Origin: a virus
IMG/VR virus record: IMGVR_UViG_3300023184_005116
Span: 38,758 to 102,757 of that record
Length of the DNA: 64,000 nt
Direction: 5' to 3' (one strand)
The translations under genes were made by a program, and so were the position numbers. The notes beneath the pieces were generated by a model, which was not told the origin of the DNA, made no database searches, and was given only the letters and a program-made list of their open reading frames with translations. Positions 1 through 11,860 of the stretch are shown one piece after another (the stretch's first letter is position 1; each line of letters starts with the position of its first letter).

Positions 1-73
1 AGCTATACTAAGACATCGCTTGTATCTCCTGCTTATTCCCAAACTGTAATAACCACTAAGAAATAATTGAAAA

Positions 74-3000
74 TTGGCAAGAAAGATAATTAAACAGACG
101 GCATCGTTTGGAGTACTCAGAGCGAATCCTAGAATATCAGGTAATGTTAAACTTACCATTGATGCTAATAAGGATATCTGGTTAAACTCCATTGACTCTA
201 ATGCCGAGATGTCAAACCAGGCTTATAAGGGATTTAGAATTTCGCCCGAATCTTCTTTTGATAGGGATTTGTATACTTTTTTTAACGAAGGTAAAACGCC
301 TCCTCAGTTTGTTTTTGGATTAGCAGGGGAAGGAGAGCCAGTACAAAACCAGATTAATAATTTAGCAAATTCCTACAACTTTATTTACAGTTCGGGGGTA
401 ACCCCTCTAGTATCTGATAAGTATTCTGAAGATTTTTCTTATCTTGCACCTTTGTGGATGGGAGAGGATATACCTGACTATTTTGTAATATTTAGGGTAA
501 ATGATCCTATAGATTACCCATACCAAGTTCCTGTTACTTCTATATCTAACGGAGCTAGTTATAAAGTTCTAGAAGACCCTAATGTAGACAAAAATGCTAC
601 TGGGTATTTACCATTTATTGTATCGTATAACGCATCCAATTACACAGACGGGAATATCTTTAGCGGAGGAGCTTTAGTCTCGTTTACCGTTGTTCAAGGA
701 AGTGGTACAGTGATTCTTTTAGATCCTTTGTATCATCAAAGTGATGTCGAAAATACTTCTTCTCATTTTTATAATAAGATTTTACCAAAAGCTACTGCAG
801 TATCAACATTTGATCTCACTGAAAAATCAAAAATAGGAAAATATCTAAGAAAAATTAAAACGACTACTGGATACACAGATAGTCTTATTGATGTTAGATT
901 TGAAGAGAATCAATTAACCAATTACAACGGTGTTAATTATACTAGAGGCGTATTTGACAAAAAAGGAGATTTTCTTTTAGATTATTTTGAAACCCCAACT
1001 TCACAAATAGGGTTTGAAGATTATATGACCGATGGTTTTAGAAGAAATGGATTAATTAGCTATAAGCTTCTTAATTTAGAATTTCTTTTTAATGACGGTG
1101 AATCTAAAAATTATACAATAAATAGATATTTTGGTCTATATGTAAATGCTGCAGAAGTATCTTCATTAAAGCTAGACGGAAATGCTTTGTATTACGATGG
1201 CGGCGCATCGGGAAATACCCCAGTACCTCAAAGAAATGATAAAGGATATTATTATCAGGAAGGAGCATATTATCAATACAACGATAATGGAGTAAGGCTA
1301 TTTATAGACCCTATTCAAATAAAAGGGGTAATTCCAACTTCAGATGATGTAAATGAATATGAGCGAACAAAACTTTTCTGGATAAAAGATAAAGTTGGTA
1401 GTTTTTATTCTTTAAAAAAAGACGAAAACTATCTTACTGCAATAGAGATATTACCTACATCTTTATACGGATTACCTGGTACTGAAAATCAATTAGTATT
1501 GCAAAATACTGTTGTTAATCTTTCCAATTTTACTGGATCTGATGTAAACACCAAAAAACAATATTATGGTAAATCAACAGGAGAAAAAGGAAGAGCATAT
1601 TCTGTTATAAAAATAGGGGGACAACTTACAAACACAAGCGAGGATTCATTTGTATTCTATCATCCTTTAGGAACTTATGGAGTACCTGGAGCTAAGTATG
1701 ACATTTTAAGAAGCTCTGATATGTCATCTGTAATTGATGAATGGGGTCCAGGAAGTTATTACTCACAAGACAATGCTTATTATTTTCACCCTTTTGGAAC
1801 TCCTGAACAAATTGCTACTGCAATAGCTGGACTTTTTAATAGCTTTAATTATAATTCTTTTGAAGCTTTTGTCTCTGGTGATGAAGTAGTAATAAGAACA
1901 AGAGCAGCAGGTTCACAAGAAAATACAAAATACTATATAGATTTCTATCAGGACTTTTCATTACTTGTAAGAATGCCTGATTTGAGAAGAGGCACTATTC
2001 TAATTAACGAAAAAGATGCTTGTGATATAAATCAGAAGCAGTCGTTTGTCGGAGGGTCTAACTATTCTACAAATAGAGTTAAGGTTAAGAAGGAGGATGC
2101 TAATAAAATTATAGTAGGCGAAACCTTTATTGAAACAGTTAAAAATACTGCAACTGATTCTTTTAGTGGAATACCCGAATATTCACACAAAAGTTCTTCT
2201 GTAGTTGTTGGGAAATATAGATTCGTAGATGAATATGCTAAGGACCTTGGCGGGGAAATAATAGGATTAAAAGATTTTGAAAATTATGCAACCTTAGAAG
2301 TTGCAAACCATACAGAAAAAATATCAATCGGATCTGTAAATAAAATATCTGCTTTTGATACCTACGATGTACCATTGGGAATATTTTCTTTTTATGGATT
2401 AAGAGAAATCGATATGGATTTCTGGTATAGTAATTATGGATATACCCCTACAGAAGAATACTATAAATATTTAGACGTTCAGCCGGACGGAAATACTAAA
2501 ATAATTCCAAACAGAACTTATTTTGTTTCTTCAGGAAGCGAAATAATATACAATTCTAATAATGTTACGGGACCAGATTTTTTCGTTGGTAATCTTGGTG
2601 TAGAATCCTATACATTAGTTACAGCATCTACTGGTGCAGAGGCTAATGTTTATCCCACTATATTTTCGAGAGGAAACCAGACAGGAACAGTAAATACAAT
2701 AAATTTTGATACTGCATTTTACCCGGATCTTGATGCCTTCCCTGGATTTTATGGAATACAGGATCTTAAATTTTTTAACGAGCAGACAGGATTAGATACT
2801 AAATATTCTAATTTGAATTTTGGTAAACTTTCATCTGAATATGATTATACAAAAGATAACTATAATACGGATTTTGCAATAAATAGTAGAGTAAGTCCTT
2901 ATATAACTAAATGGGTTTATAAAGGAGGAACTGATGTAAGAGGAAATGGATATAGATTAAATAATAATCTTGCATTTAGCCCGCTTAATTTTTCTCCTAG

Positions 3001-5683
3001 CTTTTTTAGAAATTCTCAGGATCCGCAATATTTTACTCACGAGTGGTATCAATTGCAGACACCTCCATATTCTCTTCCTGAGCATAATATACACAAAGAT
3101 AAAAGTTATCTTCATGGGGATTTAAACGAGTCGTCAATAAGTGATGCAAATCCTGCTAATAGAGATTATTTCTTAGATTATTTTTCAGTAGAAGGAGAAG
3201 ATTTATATCCATATTTTTCTAATAGCAGTACTATCTTTAATGTGAATCTAACTGAACGATATTCGGTTTTTGGTTTTAATCAAGGAAGTGGATTATCTGA
3301 AACACTTTTTAGAGGGGCAAAGGTTAAAATAAAAAGAAATTTTACAGACTACACTCAAAATGAATCTGTAAAGTATTTAAGTGATGATAGATTCTACGAA
3401 GATTATAAATTTTCATGCGTCATTGTCCCTGTTTATAATAAAGAATCTATAATACAGGCTCCGATAAAAATAAAAATCTGGGAGAATAGACAATTCAAAA
3501 ACATCACGTTTATACTTGAGGTTTTAATGGATGATATGAGAGCAGCTGACTATGAATTGCCTCTTAATCAACAAGGTATAGATCTTGACTATTTTTTACT
3601 TTATTCGTTAAAGGATAAATTAACAAAACAAACTGCAACTGCCCCTGTAACTTCTTCTTTACCTAGCGGAATTATTGGATTGCCTGCAGTTGGTGACATA
3701 AAACTATCTTCTGCTCTAAACATATCTCCTGTCCCTACTTCATCTGGAGTATATTCAGTAGTTAATGGTGGAACAATTGGACAGGAGGGTGAAATTTATA
3801 TAGTGCCAAACCCAGACTATGAAACGGATTTAAGGGAGGAAGTACATTTTACATATCTTCCTACAACAACTCCCGGAGCTACTAGCTCTACTGGACCTGG
3901 ATCATTTTACGGAGTTATTGGATCAACTGGCGGTGGACCTGCAGGAGCTTACACATTGCCTTTCCCTACTGGTGTTGGACAATCCCTTATAAATTTTACA
4001 AACACTCAAACTAATTACATTTTTGATTTTGGAGATATAGGATTACCTGGACCTCAAATTATACCTTCTTCTGCTAGTTACGGTACTGTAAAAAACATTC
4101 CTATATTTCAAAGAGAAGGCGGAATTGGATATTGGGGAAGTATTTTGGAAAAAATATCTTTTGCTAATCTTTCACTTCTAGTTAATACTGGTCATCCTTA
4201 CATAGAATATAAAACGTTTGTATGGAACGAAACAACACGAACAACTGATGTTTTAGATAATCAATTCACAATAGAGTTTATTAAGCCTTCTGCATTAGAA
4301 CAAAATTCAATTTTAATAACTCAGGAAGATACTGATAAATCTGCTGAACTATCCCTATTTAATATTGGATATACCTTAAATGAAGCACCAGGTGAAACTG
4401 AGCTTTACAGATATAGCGGGGAATACGTTCCTAGCTTTAGAGAGGTATTAAAATTTGAGAATGTAAAATACGATATGCCAGGATGGATACTTCCTGATGA
4501 TTATATTATTACCACTATAGTTGAAAAGGATATTTCGTCTAATGATTATGAAATTGGATCTAATTATTGTATATCCTTATATGGCGAACCTCAAAAAGAA
4601 ATAACTCTATTAAGGGGATTAAATTACAAATTTGATGTTAGCGATCCAAGCAATACTGGATATCAATTATATTTCTCTACTAATAATATTGGGAACAATT
4701 ATCCAAATGATGCAATAACTTATAATTATGGCACCTCTGGTACACCTGGAACTCCTGGAGCTTTAATAACAATAGAAATTACTCAAGATTTTCCTGATAC
4801 TGTCTATTATGTAGCTCAGGGAGGAAAATATATGGGGCAAAAAATTAGAATAATTGATCCTATAGAATATGCTTATTGCAGCTTCGGACCTGATAAAGAC
4901 GATTTCGGATCTGTTAAGAATGTTAATTTTTATAAATATGCTAATGAGTGGATTTTTAGAATAAGTAAAGATTCACCTTATAATCCAGTATATAATTTAA
5001 TTGGAGAAACTCCAGTTGATAAAAGAGATTTATCTCTATTTGAAAGCTCTTGGGATCCTGGATTTTATAGACAATACAGTGGACCAACAGGATACGTTAG
5101 CTTACCTGGTACAAGAAGCATGCAGGAAGTTAAATCATTCTTTGGTAGTAAAATTATGCAAACTCCCGATTTGGTAACAATTCAAAAACAAATAGTTTAT
5201 CCTACATCTCTTTCAAATGTGATTGATCTAAATTATGATAATTATCCAAACTATGAAATTCTTTGGGAAAACACCTTAACTGAGATTAGAGGTGTGATAT
5301 TAATGGACAGAATGCTTAATAGATATTTTCTTGAGGATGGAGCTAAGCAAACTTTCCAACAATTTATTGTTCCTGAATTTGGATTTGGCTCTCTTAGTGA
5401 TATTAATGACGACTTTAATGAGTATATGAAATTAAATGTAATTCCTATATTTCAGTCTAAAAATAATGGATCATATCTTAAAAAAATACCGGTTACAAAC
5501 CCAGCATCTTTAACTACTATAGTTGGAGATTTAGCTGATTACGAAAAAACAATAAATGGATATTATCAATCCCCCGAAATTAGATTCACTAAAGTTAATG
5601 AATTAAGATATGAATTTAAGATAGCAAAAGATCCTTCTTTTAATTATTCTCTTGCTTTCTCTATACAGATTGGAAAAATTTAA
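74..5683 (+). CDS. Large virion structural protein (baseplate/tail-associated, putative)
   Basis: 1869 aa, TTG start; G/T/S/N/Y-rich; segment ITLLRGLNYKFDVSDPSN...PDTVYYV resembles beta-sandwich modules of myovirus baseplate/tail proteins; lies in structural cluster. Confidence 0.55.
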   Translation: MARKIIKQTASFGVLRANPRISGNVKLTIDANKDIWLNSIDSNAEMSNQAYKGFRISPESSFDRDLYTFFNEGKTPPQFVFGLAGEGEPVQNQINNLANSYNFIYSSGVTPLVSDKYSEDFSYLAPLWMGEDIPDYFVIFRVNDPIDYPYQVPVTSISNGASYKVLEDPNVDKNATGYLPFIVSYNASNYTDGNIFSGGALVSFTVVQGSGTVILLDPLYHQSDVENTSSHFYNKILPKATAVSTFDLTEKSKIGKYLRKIKTTTGYTDSLIDVRFEENQLTNYNGVNYTRGVFDKKGDFLLDYFETPTSQIGFEDYMTDGFRRNGLISYKLLNLEFLFNDGESKNYTINRYFGLYVNAAEVSSLKLDGNALYYDGGASGNTPVPQRNDKGYYYQEGAYYQYNDNGVRLFIDPIQIKGVIPTSDDVNEYERTKLFWIKDKVGSFYSLKKDENYLTAIEILPTSLYGLPGTENQLVLQNTVVNLSNFTGSDVNTKKQYYGKSTGEKGRAYSVIKIGGQLTNTSEDSFVFYHPLGTYGVPGAKYDILRSSDMSSVIDEWGPGSYYSQDNAYYFHPFGTPEQIATAIAGLFNSFNYNSFEAFVSGDEVVIRTRAAGSQENTKYYIDFYQDFSLLVRMPDLRRGTILINEKDACDINQKQSFVGGSNYSTNRVKVKKEDANKIIVGETFIETVKNTATDSFSGIPEYSHKSSSVVVGKYRFVDEYAKDLGGEIIGLKDFENYATLEVANHTEKISIGSVNKISAFDTYDVPLGIFSFYGLREIDMDFWYSNYGYTPTEEYYKYLDVQPDGNTKIIPNRTYFVSSGSEIIYNSNNVTGPDFFVGNLGVESYTLVTASTGAEANVYPTIFSRGNQTGTVNTINFDTAFYPDLDAFPGFYGIQDLKFFNEQTGLDTKYSNLNFGKLSSEYDYTKDNYNTDFAINSRVSPYITKWVYKGGTDVRGNGYRLNNNLAFSPLNFSPSFFRNSQDPQYFTHEWYQLQTPPYSLPEHNIHKDKSYLHGDLNESSISDANPANRDYFLDYFSVEGEDLYPYFSNSSTIFNVNLTERYSVFGFNQGSGLSETLFRGAKVKIKRNFTDYTQNESVKYLSDDRFYEDYKFSCVIVPVYNKESIIQAPIKIKIWENRQFKNITFILEVLMDDMRAADYELPLNQQGIDLDYFLLYSLKDKLTKQTATAPVTSSLPSGIIGLPAVGDIKLSSALNISPVPTSSGVYSVVNGGTIGQEGEIYIVPNPDYETDLREEVHFTYLPTTTPGATSSTGPGSFYGVIGSTGGGPAGAYTLPFPTGVGQSLINFTNTQTNYIFDFGDIGLPGPQIIPSSASYGTVKNIPIFQREGGIGYWGSILEKISFANLSLLVNTGHPYIEYKTFVWNETTRTTDVLDNQFTIEFIKPSALEQNSILITQEDTDKSAELSLFNIGYTLNEAPGETELYRYSGEYVPSFREVLKFENVKYDMPGWILPDDYIITTIVEKDISSNDYEIGSNYCISLYGEPQKEITLLRGLNYKFDVSDPSNTGYQLYFSTNNIGNNYPNDAITYNYGTSGTPGTPGALITIEITQDFPDTVYYVAQGGKYMGQKIRIIDPIEYAYCSFGPDKDDFGSVKNVNFYKYANEWIFRISKDSPYNPVYNLIGETPVDKRDLSLFESSWDPGFYRQYSGPTGYVSLPGTRSMQEVKSFFGSKIMQTPDLVTIQKQIVYPTSLSNVIDLNYDNYPNYEILWENTLTEIRGVILMDRMLNRYFLEDGAKQTFQQFIVPEFGFGSLSDINDDFNEYMKLNVIPIFQSKNNGSYLKKIPVTNPASLTTIVGDLADYEKTINGYYQSPEIRFTKVNELRYEFKIAKDPSFNYSLAFSIQIGKI

Positions 5684-5725
5684 GGAAAGGTGAATTTTTG
5701 ATATATATTAGAACTATAAGTAGAG

Positions 5726-8506
5726 ATGCCACAGATTAACATATTAAACGTACTCCAAGGAGATAACCAGTCAACTATAGTTGACAAGCTAAATTATAAC
5801 TTCGATCAGATTTTAAGTGCTGGTGGAGGACCTCAAGGTCAACAAGGATTTATTGGTCCAACTGGTCCAATAGGTCCACAAGGACCTCAAGGTGTACAAG
5901 GTATACAAGGACCTTCGGGGACTAAATGGTTTGTACAAGATACCTCTCCTGCTTCTGGAGCAATAACAGGAAGCAGCCCGTGGAATTATCCTGCAATTGG
6001 TGACTATTGGTTAGATCCGGATTCAGCAAATCAAGAGATCTATGTATTTACGGCAACAGGTTGGGTAGACAGCGGATATGGATTAGCAGCGGGAGATATA
6101 TTTCAAAGATTTACCCCTATTTCTCTAAATGGAGGAGCTACAGGAAAAGGTATATTTATAGCAGGAACTGCTTCTGATAATAGCGTTATATTATCAGATG
6201 CTTCTATTGCAGATTATACTCCAGGAGCTAGTGCTATAGGTAATACTAACTATGAAAATTCCAAACTTAAAATTGCTACAGATTTAACAAGACAAAAGCT
6301 TATAAGCTTTGGTAGATCTAATTACGATACAACATCAGAAACTGGATCTGCTAGTAGTTTAAAAAATCCTTCAATTCAATGGACTTCTGTTGCTCCTTCA
6401 GGTACAGGAGATTATGATATTACATTTACTAACCCTGCAGGAAGTATTAATATTTCTTCTAATATGGGTGGTGGATCTGGAGGTATTAATATGTATTCTC
6501 AAGAAGAAATTACCGCAGAATCTGCTACTCAAAATATTCAATTAAAAACTGCTTCAGTTGGTAAAGGTGTTTTTACAGATGTTGCTACTGGTGGTGCTGG
6601 ATTCTTTGAAGTATCAAATTTAGGCGGTAGCACAGTTAATCAAAACTACCCCCATTTCTATAGCGATAGTGTAGGTGCAGGTATCGGTGTAGGTACTGGA
6701 CAATTTAAAAGTACAGGAAATGATGCAAGAAAGCTTTCGGTTTTAGGTAACGTAAGTATATCAAAAACAGTAGGAAAGCATACAGGAACTTTATTTACAG
6801 GGAGTTCTTTACTTCCTGCTAATAATAATAAAGGTAGTTTATACGTAGAAGGATTTGTTGGGATAGGAACTACTGATCCTACTGCATATAACGGTTCAAC
6901 AATACCTCTTAACACTACAGGACCAGCAGAAGCTCAAGGAGCTTTTCCTCAGCTTTGGGTTAGTTCTCCTAACTACGGTCCTGGATTACAAGTTAAAACA
7001 AGACCTTCGTCATCAACGGGAGCACTTTCGCCTCCTAATGTAGCATCTATAGGAAGAACAGTTATTGGGGATGGGGTATTTGATGCTGCTGCAGTTTCTA
7101 GTTCTTTTGATAAAATAAGCGGAACTGGTCCTGATTTTTCTCAGGAACTTTTCTTAAATTCTGGGTATCTATTTGGAGCAAGAGCAGCTTTAATTAGCTA
7201 TCAACAAAAGATTTCAAATTCTTTAAATACAACAGGAAATGCTCCAGTATTTGCAATAACTACTTATAGTCCAACTAGTGTTGGGCCATACTCTCCTGGT
7301 ATAACATCGGGACTAGTTACAACAATACAAGTTAGAAATTCCAATAACCAGTTAGATATAATGTCTAACGGAACTGGAAGTGCTTCACTTAACAATGTTA
7401 ATATTGGAGCTAGAAATAGTTATTTGTTAAACGTAAAAGCAGGAACTACTACTGATCCTGGATATGGTAATATTAAAATAGGAAATAATGCAGGGACAAA
7501 TAATGGAGTCGTTGGTTCATTGCCAGGAAATATTAATTTTTACTCTCCAGGAAGCGATGGACCATACAGAAATCATAGTTTAACTGTTTCAGGAATACAA
7601 ACAATAGGTACTGAGGATCCTTTGTCTAGCTTTTCAGTTTCGAGCAGTTCCACAGGAGCAGGCGTTTCGAATTATACAAACTTAAAGATTCACAGAAATC
7701 TTTATAGTGGAGTCCATTATGCTGCTGGAGGACATCCTGATCCGTTTAGTTATTTTACAGGACCGAAGGTAAATAATTATCCGAACGGAATAGAAATAAC
7801 ATCAGACATAGGAGATGACTCTGGTACTTCCTTTATTAAGGGATTAAACAGGTCTGTTGCTATAGCAGTTTCTGCTAGGAATTTGTTCGAGTCTCGGCCT
7901 ATTCCTTTTGGTAAAGGTACTGCATTAGCTGCTCCTACTAATGGATTCTTTGTCAGCGATACTGGACATAACGTTTCTATTGGTGGATTACCACTATATG
8001 GAGGTGCAGCATTAGATGTTAGTGCATCTCCAGGAGGTAATGCTGTTGCAATAAATACTCAAGGTGATTTATCAGTTGTAGGTAATACTGACATTTTGGG
8101 AAATCTTGGGGTTACAGGAGACGTATCTATTCTTAATGGAGGATTAATTATTCTTAGAAATAGCGTACAGTTTCCACACCCTTTTGTCCCTTTAACTTCT
8201 TCCACTGATTGGTTCTTAAGTCCAACAAACGAGCAAAGTGCTCCTTATGATTGGCCTGCTGTAAATTACGATAGGTATATTACTGTACAAGCAGGTAGCT
8301 CTGGTTCAGGGAATGCTAGATATGAATGCTATGCTGAAAATAATATAGGATCAGGATCCTATTATCTCCCTGAAAGAAGGGTTATGGATGCTTATAGCTC
8401 TGTGTCATTTTTAGTAGCAGCTGGATGTAGATTTAGGGTTGTAATAGCAAATACAAGTGGTTTTCAATCGTATATAAGTATTATATCTAAAAAATTCGGT
8501 AGATAA
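5726..8506 (+). CDS. Tail fibre-like protein with short collagen repeat
   Basis: GPQGQQG...GPSG collagen triplets near the N-terminus, VGIGTTDP-type motifs, Gly/Ser/Thr-rich; GATATATA motif upstream. Confidence 0.65.
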   Translation: MPQINILNVLQGDNQSTIVDKLNYNFDQILSAGGGPQGQQGFIGPTGPIGPQGPQGVQGIQGPSGTKWFVQDTSPASGAITGSSPWNYPAIGDYWLDPDSANQEIYVFTATGWVDSGYGLAAGDIFQRFTPISLNGGATGKGIFIAGTASDNSVILSDASIADYTPGASAIGNTNYENSKLKIATDLTRQKLISFGRSNYDTTSETGSASSLKNPSIQWTSVAPSGTGDYDITFTNPAGSINISSNMGGGSGGINMYSQEEITAESATQNIQLKTASVGKGVFTDVATGGAGFFEVSNLGGSTVNQNYPHFYSDSVGAGIGVGTGQFKSTGNDARKLSVLGNVSISKTVGKHTGTLFTGSSLLPANNNKGSLYVEGFVGIGTTDPTAYNGSTIPLNTTGPAEAQGAFPQLWVSSPNYGPGLQVKTRPSSSTGALSPPNVASIGRTVIGDGVFDAAAVSSSFDKISGTGPDFSQELFLNSGYLFGARAALISYQQKISNSLNTTGNAPVFAITTYSPTSVGPYSPGITSGLVTTIQVRNSNNQLDIMSNGTGSASLNNVNIGARNSYLLNVKAGTTTDPGYGNIKIGNNAGTNNGVVGSLPGNINFYSPGSDGPYRNHSLTVSGIQTIGTEDPLSSFSVSSSSTGAGVSNYTNLKIHRNLYSGVHYAAGGHPDPFSYFTGPKVNNYPNGIEITSDIGDDSGTSFIKGLNRSVAIAVSARNLFESRPIPFGKGTALAAPTNGFFVSDTGHNVSIGGLPLYGGAALDVSASPGGNAVAINTQGDLSVVGNTDILGNLGVTGDVSILNGGLIILRNSVQFPHPFVPLTSSTDWFLSPTNEQSAPYDWPAVNYDRYITVQAGSSGSGNARYECYAENNIGSGSYYLPERRVMDAYSSVSFLVAAGCRFRVVIANTSGFQSYISIISKKFGR

Positions 8507-8712
8507 TGACTAAAGAATGGTTTATACAAAAATATGGGGAAACCCACGATAATCTTTCTAGATTAGAAAAAGAAATAGAAGGGCATCAAAATAATAAAGA
8601 TCTTATCTCTAATGATCCTGTAATATTGGAAAATTTAAAAAAAGAGACTCTATTAGAAATACAAAAATTAAATAATCTTCGAGAATATGAACGAAAAATT
8701 TTCAATTACTAA
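8506..8712 (+). CDS. Hypothetical coiled-coil protein
   Basis: 68 aa, translationally coupled (TAATG) to the upstream gene. Confidence 0.5.
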   Translation: MTKEWFIQKYGETHDNLSRLEKEIEGHQNNKDLISNDPVILENLKKETLLEIQKLNNLREYERKIFNY

Positions 8713-9484
8713 TATCCTAAAAAGAAAGGATATTCTCCTTCTTGTTGTAGTTGGTATACTTTGCATGTTGCTATTTAGACAGTGCTCTAGCACGTCAAAT
8801 CTTCAAGCCCAATTAGAGATACAGAATCTTAATTTGGATGCTTTAAATGACACTGTACGAGTTCAAAAGAACAAGGCTGGTGAGGACATGTTTGTTAAAA
8901 AGACATTACTTGCAGATAAAGAAAGTCTAGAGAAATTAAATTCAGATTTAGCTGTTGAATTGAAAAAAGTAAAAGGGCAAGTAATTGCTTTACAAAAAGT
9001 TAAAGCAGAAACTAAAACCGAAATTCAATATGTGCCTACATATGTTACTAAATACAACGACGGGAAATATAGTTTAGATTGGAAATTAGACACAACATAT
9101 TCGGAAGGAAATTATAGAAAGCTTTCTGCTAATAGCTATTTTGAGATTGATACATTAACGCATATTATAAAACCTGGTAAAACTAAAATAGGAGAAGACG
9201 TTTTAGGATTTTCGTTTGTTACCGGACTTAGGGAAAAAGATAATGCACTAGAGATCTTTGTAACTCCAAAATATCCTGGTATGACTATTACTAGCATGGA
9301 AGGAGCAATAATTGATCCTCAAAAATCAGATGTGTTAAAGAAAATGTTTCCTCAGAAAAAATGGTCAATTGGTCCTTTTGTAGGAGTGGGAATTGGAGCG
9401 GGAGTTAACTTTATAGGAAAGCCTATAGCTGGACCTGTATTTGTATTAGGGCTTGGTATTCAATATTCCATAATTAAATTCTAA
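8687..9484 (+). CDS. Membrane-anchored coiled-coil protein (possibly spanin-like)
   Basis: N-terminal hydrophobic helix ILLLVVVGILCMLLF, coiled coil, C-terminal beta-strand-like GVGIGAG...GIQYSIIKF. Confidence 0.45.
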   Translation: MNEKFSITNILKRKDILLLVVVGILCMLLFRQCSSTSNLQAQLEIQNLNLDALNDTVRVQKNKAGEDMFVKKTLLADKESLEKLNSDLAVELKKVKGQVIALQKVKAETKTEIQYVPTYVTKYNDGKYSLDWKLDTTYSEGNYRKLSANSYFEIDTLTHIIKPGKTKIGEDVLGFSFVTGLREKDNALEIFVTPKYPGMTITSMEGAIIDPQKSDVLKKMFPQKKWSIGPFVGVGIGAGVNFIGKPIAGPVFVLGLGIQYSIIKF

Positions 9485-9511
9485 GGAGAAATTAAAAGGA
9501 ATATATAACTC

Positions 9512-11857
9512 ATGCCTAATTACACATCAACACAGAGATTTGTTAAGCTTACTGATTATTTGCTGCTAGAATATGATTATACTACAGCACCAAATCCGGA
9601 GGAGTACTTTGTAAACACAGGTCTTCCCGCAGTAGGATTTGAAAAAATTGTAAATGGATATTTTGACAATTCAGTACAGATCTTAAATAAGCCTGCAGAT
9701 CAGGCTACCACTACCAATGTAAGGGATCTTAGTGTTGTTCAAACGGCAAAAAATAGATTCGTTACGTTAGATATGGATTATCTAACTCAGTATCTAGATT
9801 ATGATCCAAAATTAACACCCGTTAGTGGTCTTCCTATAGTATTCCCTTCTAATATTGGAGTTTATTATGACACTATAAAATTTCATATAGTATCAGGATA
9901 CAATTTTGATAATATTGATGGTGTAATTTTACAGATAAGATTTCAAGAAAGAACTGGAAAGAAAGCAACAATATTACAACTTCTTGTTACAAAATCTGAT
10001 GTAGCTCTTCCTATTCTAAATCCTAATCCTATTTATTTAGGTGGAGCTTTATATGATCATTATGTGGAAGTTAAGATACCTGCTTATGCAAATATGATTG
10101 CTCAATTTGAGATTTTAAATGGGCAACCTGCACAAACATATACATTAGGTGCTAAAATTTCATCAGATGGAAATGGATTTTTAAAAGATGCTCCTGTTGA
10201 ATTTACTTTATACGAGATAACACAAACTGTTCTTAAAGACGGATATCAAAACTACATAGCTCAGGTTAGAGCTCAATTAGGTGTTTTTCCTAGAGACAAT
10301 TATTCTAATCTAGCCGCAGTAATCCAGCAGAATTCTTTTTATAACTATCTTGAATATTATCCAACATGGGAAGGTAACTTCTTAGAAGATTTTATAAATG
10401 CAGAAGGTACAGTTGGTGTTTCTTATTATGTTATACACGAATTAGAAGTTAAAGAACAAGTTGGTCTAAGCTATATAACAACATATAATTTTTCAACGAC
10501 ACAAACTCAAGATTATAACTCTCCCTATATTTTTAGACCCGTTTTAGTTAACCCTTTAACTACATCTTTCATAGTAAACTATACTATGAGATTAGTTAAT
10601 AAAACTAATCAGAATCAGATTATAAGAAGATCGTCATTTAGTTCTTTAGATGTAACTAAATACGGAAGAGAGGTTAACAAGATAAATTTAACTACAGGAG
10701 CTTATTCTCAGAAGGTATACAATAAAGTTATACAAGCTGCTAATATATTATCACCTGTTGGTGTAAGTCCTACTCTTGGTGCTCCTATAGAGAAAAAAAT
10801 ACCGGTTTTCTATAAAGATAATAGTATTTCCGTCACGCAAGAAAATATCGTTATTGGTAAAGATGGGAATTTAGTTTCTGAAACATCAAGTCCAACTGCA
10901 AATACTGCTTATGGTCAAGGAAAAGCTAAAATTCTTGTCGATCCATTTGATAACTTTTACAAGTTTACAGTTTATAATCTTAAAGGAACTACAACTCCTG
11001 AGATTATGGATCTAGGCACTTCACTAACTTATTATATTGTTTTCTTAGATAAAACTGGACAAAGCGTAAGAGTTGAAAATATTAAAAATAAAACTTCAAT
11101 ATCAAATCCTTCTACTGGACAGGTAGCTTTTAAAGTTGTTGATACTAACTCAAAAAAAATCTTAGGGTTTACTTCTAGAGAATTTTATATAATTTCTAGA
11201 ACACCAGATGCGGTAGAAACTAAACTTTATTCAGGAACTTGGCAAAATCAATCCGAATTTACTGCTGGTCTTTCTTCTCAAGCTTCTTCGACAGGACCAA
11301 CAAAAGGTGTTACCGGAACTGCAACCACAACTACAACAACAGTTTCTACAACAGCATCAGAAGGAGCAACGAGAGCTTTAACAACAGCTGGAAATCAGAT
11401 TGTAAATGAAGTTCCACAAACAACAGTAACAAAACCTAGTAGACCTTATGTTTTAGGAAGTAGCTCAGTACTTAGTGTTAAGCCTACTTCTCTTTTAAAT
11501 ACAACCGGGGGATTTTCTACTGGTAAAACATCAGCAACTAAGGTTCCTTTACAAAGTTCAGTACAAGCAAATCTTATAAATATAAACGCATTAGCTGATT
11601 CTATAGCAGGAAAAGAATCACAAGGATCTAATCCTCAAAGTGTTATTAATTATTATTTTACACCTGGATCACCTGGTGCTACTCTATTTAAAGGAATAAA
11701 ACCAAGTCAGTTCTTAACTGCTGCTTACCAGATACATCCTAAAACGTCTAATGGTAACTATGATCCTAAGTATATACAATATTGTAATGCTTTAGATTTT
11801 CCAGTAACTAGCGATCCTGAAGGAGCTACAAAAAAAGGATCTACAAATAAAAAATAA
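9512..11857 (+). CDS. Virion structural protein (putative)
   Basis: 781 aa with a Thr/Ser-rich linker; GAATATATA motif upstream; structural cluster. Confidence 0.5.
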   Translation: MPNYTSTQRFVKLTDYLLLEYDYTTAPNPEEYFVNTGLPAVGFEKIVNGYFDNSVQILNKPADQATTTNVRDLSVVQTAKNRFVTLDMDYLTQYLDYDPKLTPVSGLPIVFPSNIGVYYDTIKFHIVSGYNFDNIDGVILQIRFQERTGKKATILQLLVTKSDVALPILNPNPIYLGGALYDHYVEVKIPAYANMIAQFEILNGQPAQTYTLGAKISSDGNGFLKDAPVEFTLYEITQTVLKDGYQNYIAQVRAQLGVFPRDNYSNLAAVIQQNSFYNYLEYYPTWEGNFLEDFINAEGTVGVSYYVIHELEVKEQVGLSYITTYNFSTTQTQDYNSPYIFRPVLVNPLTTSFIVNYTMRLVNKTNQNQIIRRSSFSSLDVTKYGREVNKINLTTGAYSQKVYNKVIQAANILSPVGVSPTLGAPIEKKIPVFYKDNSISVTQENIVIGKDGNLVSETSSPTANTAYGQGKAKILVDPFDNFYKFTVYNLKGTTTPEIMDLGTSLTYYIVFLDKTGQSVRVENIKNKTSISNPSTGQVAFKVVDTNSKKILGFTSREFYIISRTPDAVETKLYSGTWQNQSEFTAGLSSQASSTGPTKGVTGTATTTTTTVSTTASEGATRALTTAGNQIVNEVPQTTVTKPSRPYVLGSSSVLSVKPTSLLNTTGGFSTGKTSATKVPLQSSVQANLININALADSIAGKESQGSNPQSVINYYFTPGSPGATLFKGIKPSQFLTAAYQIHPKTSNGNYDPKYIQYCNALDFPVTSDPEGATKKGSTNKK

Positions 11858-11860
11858 TAG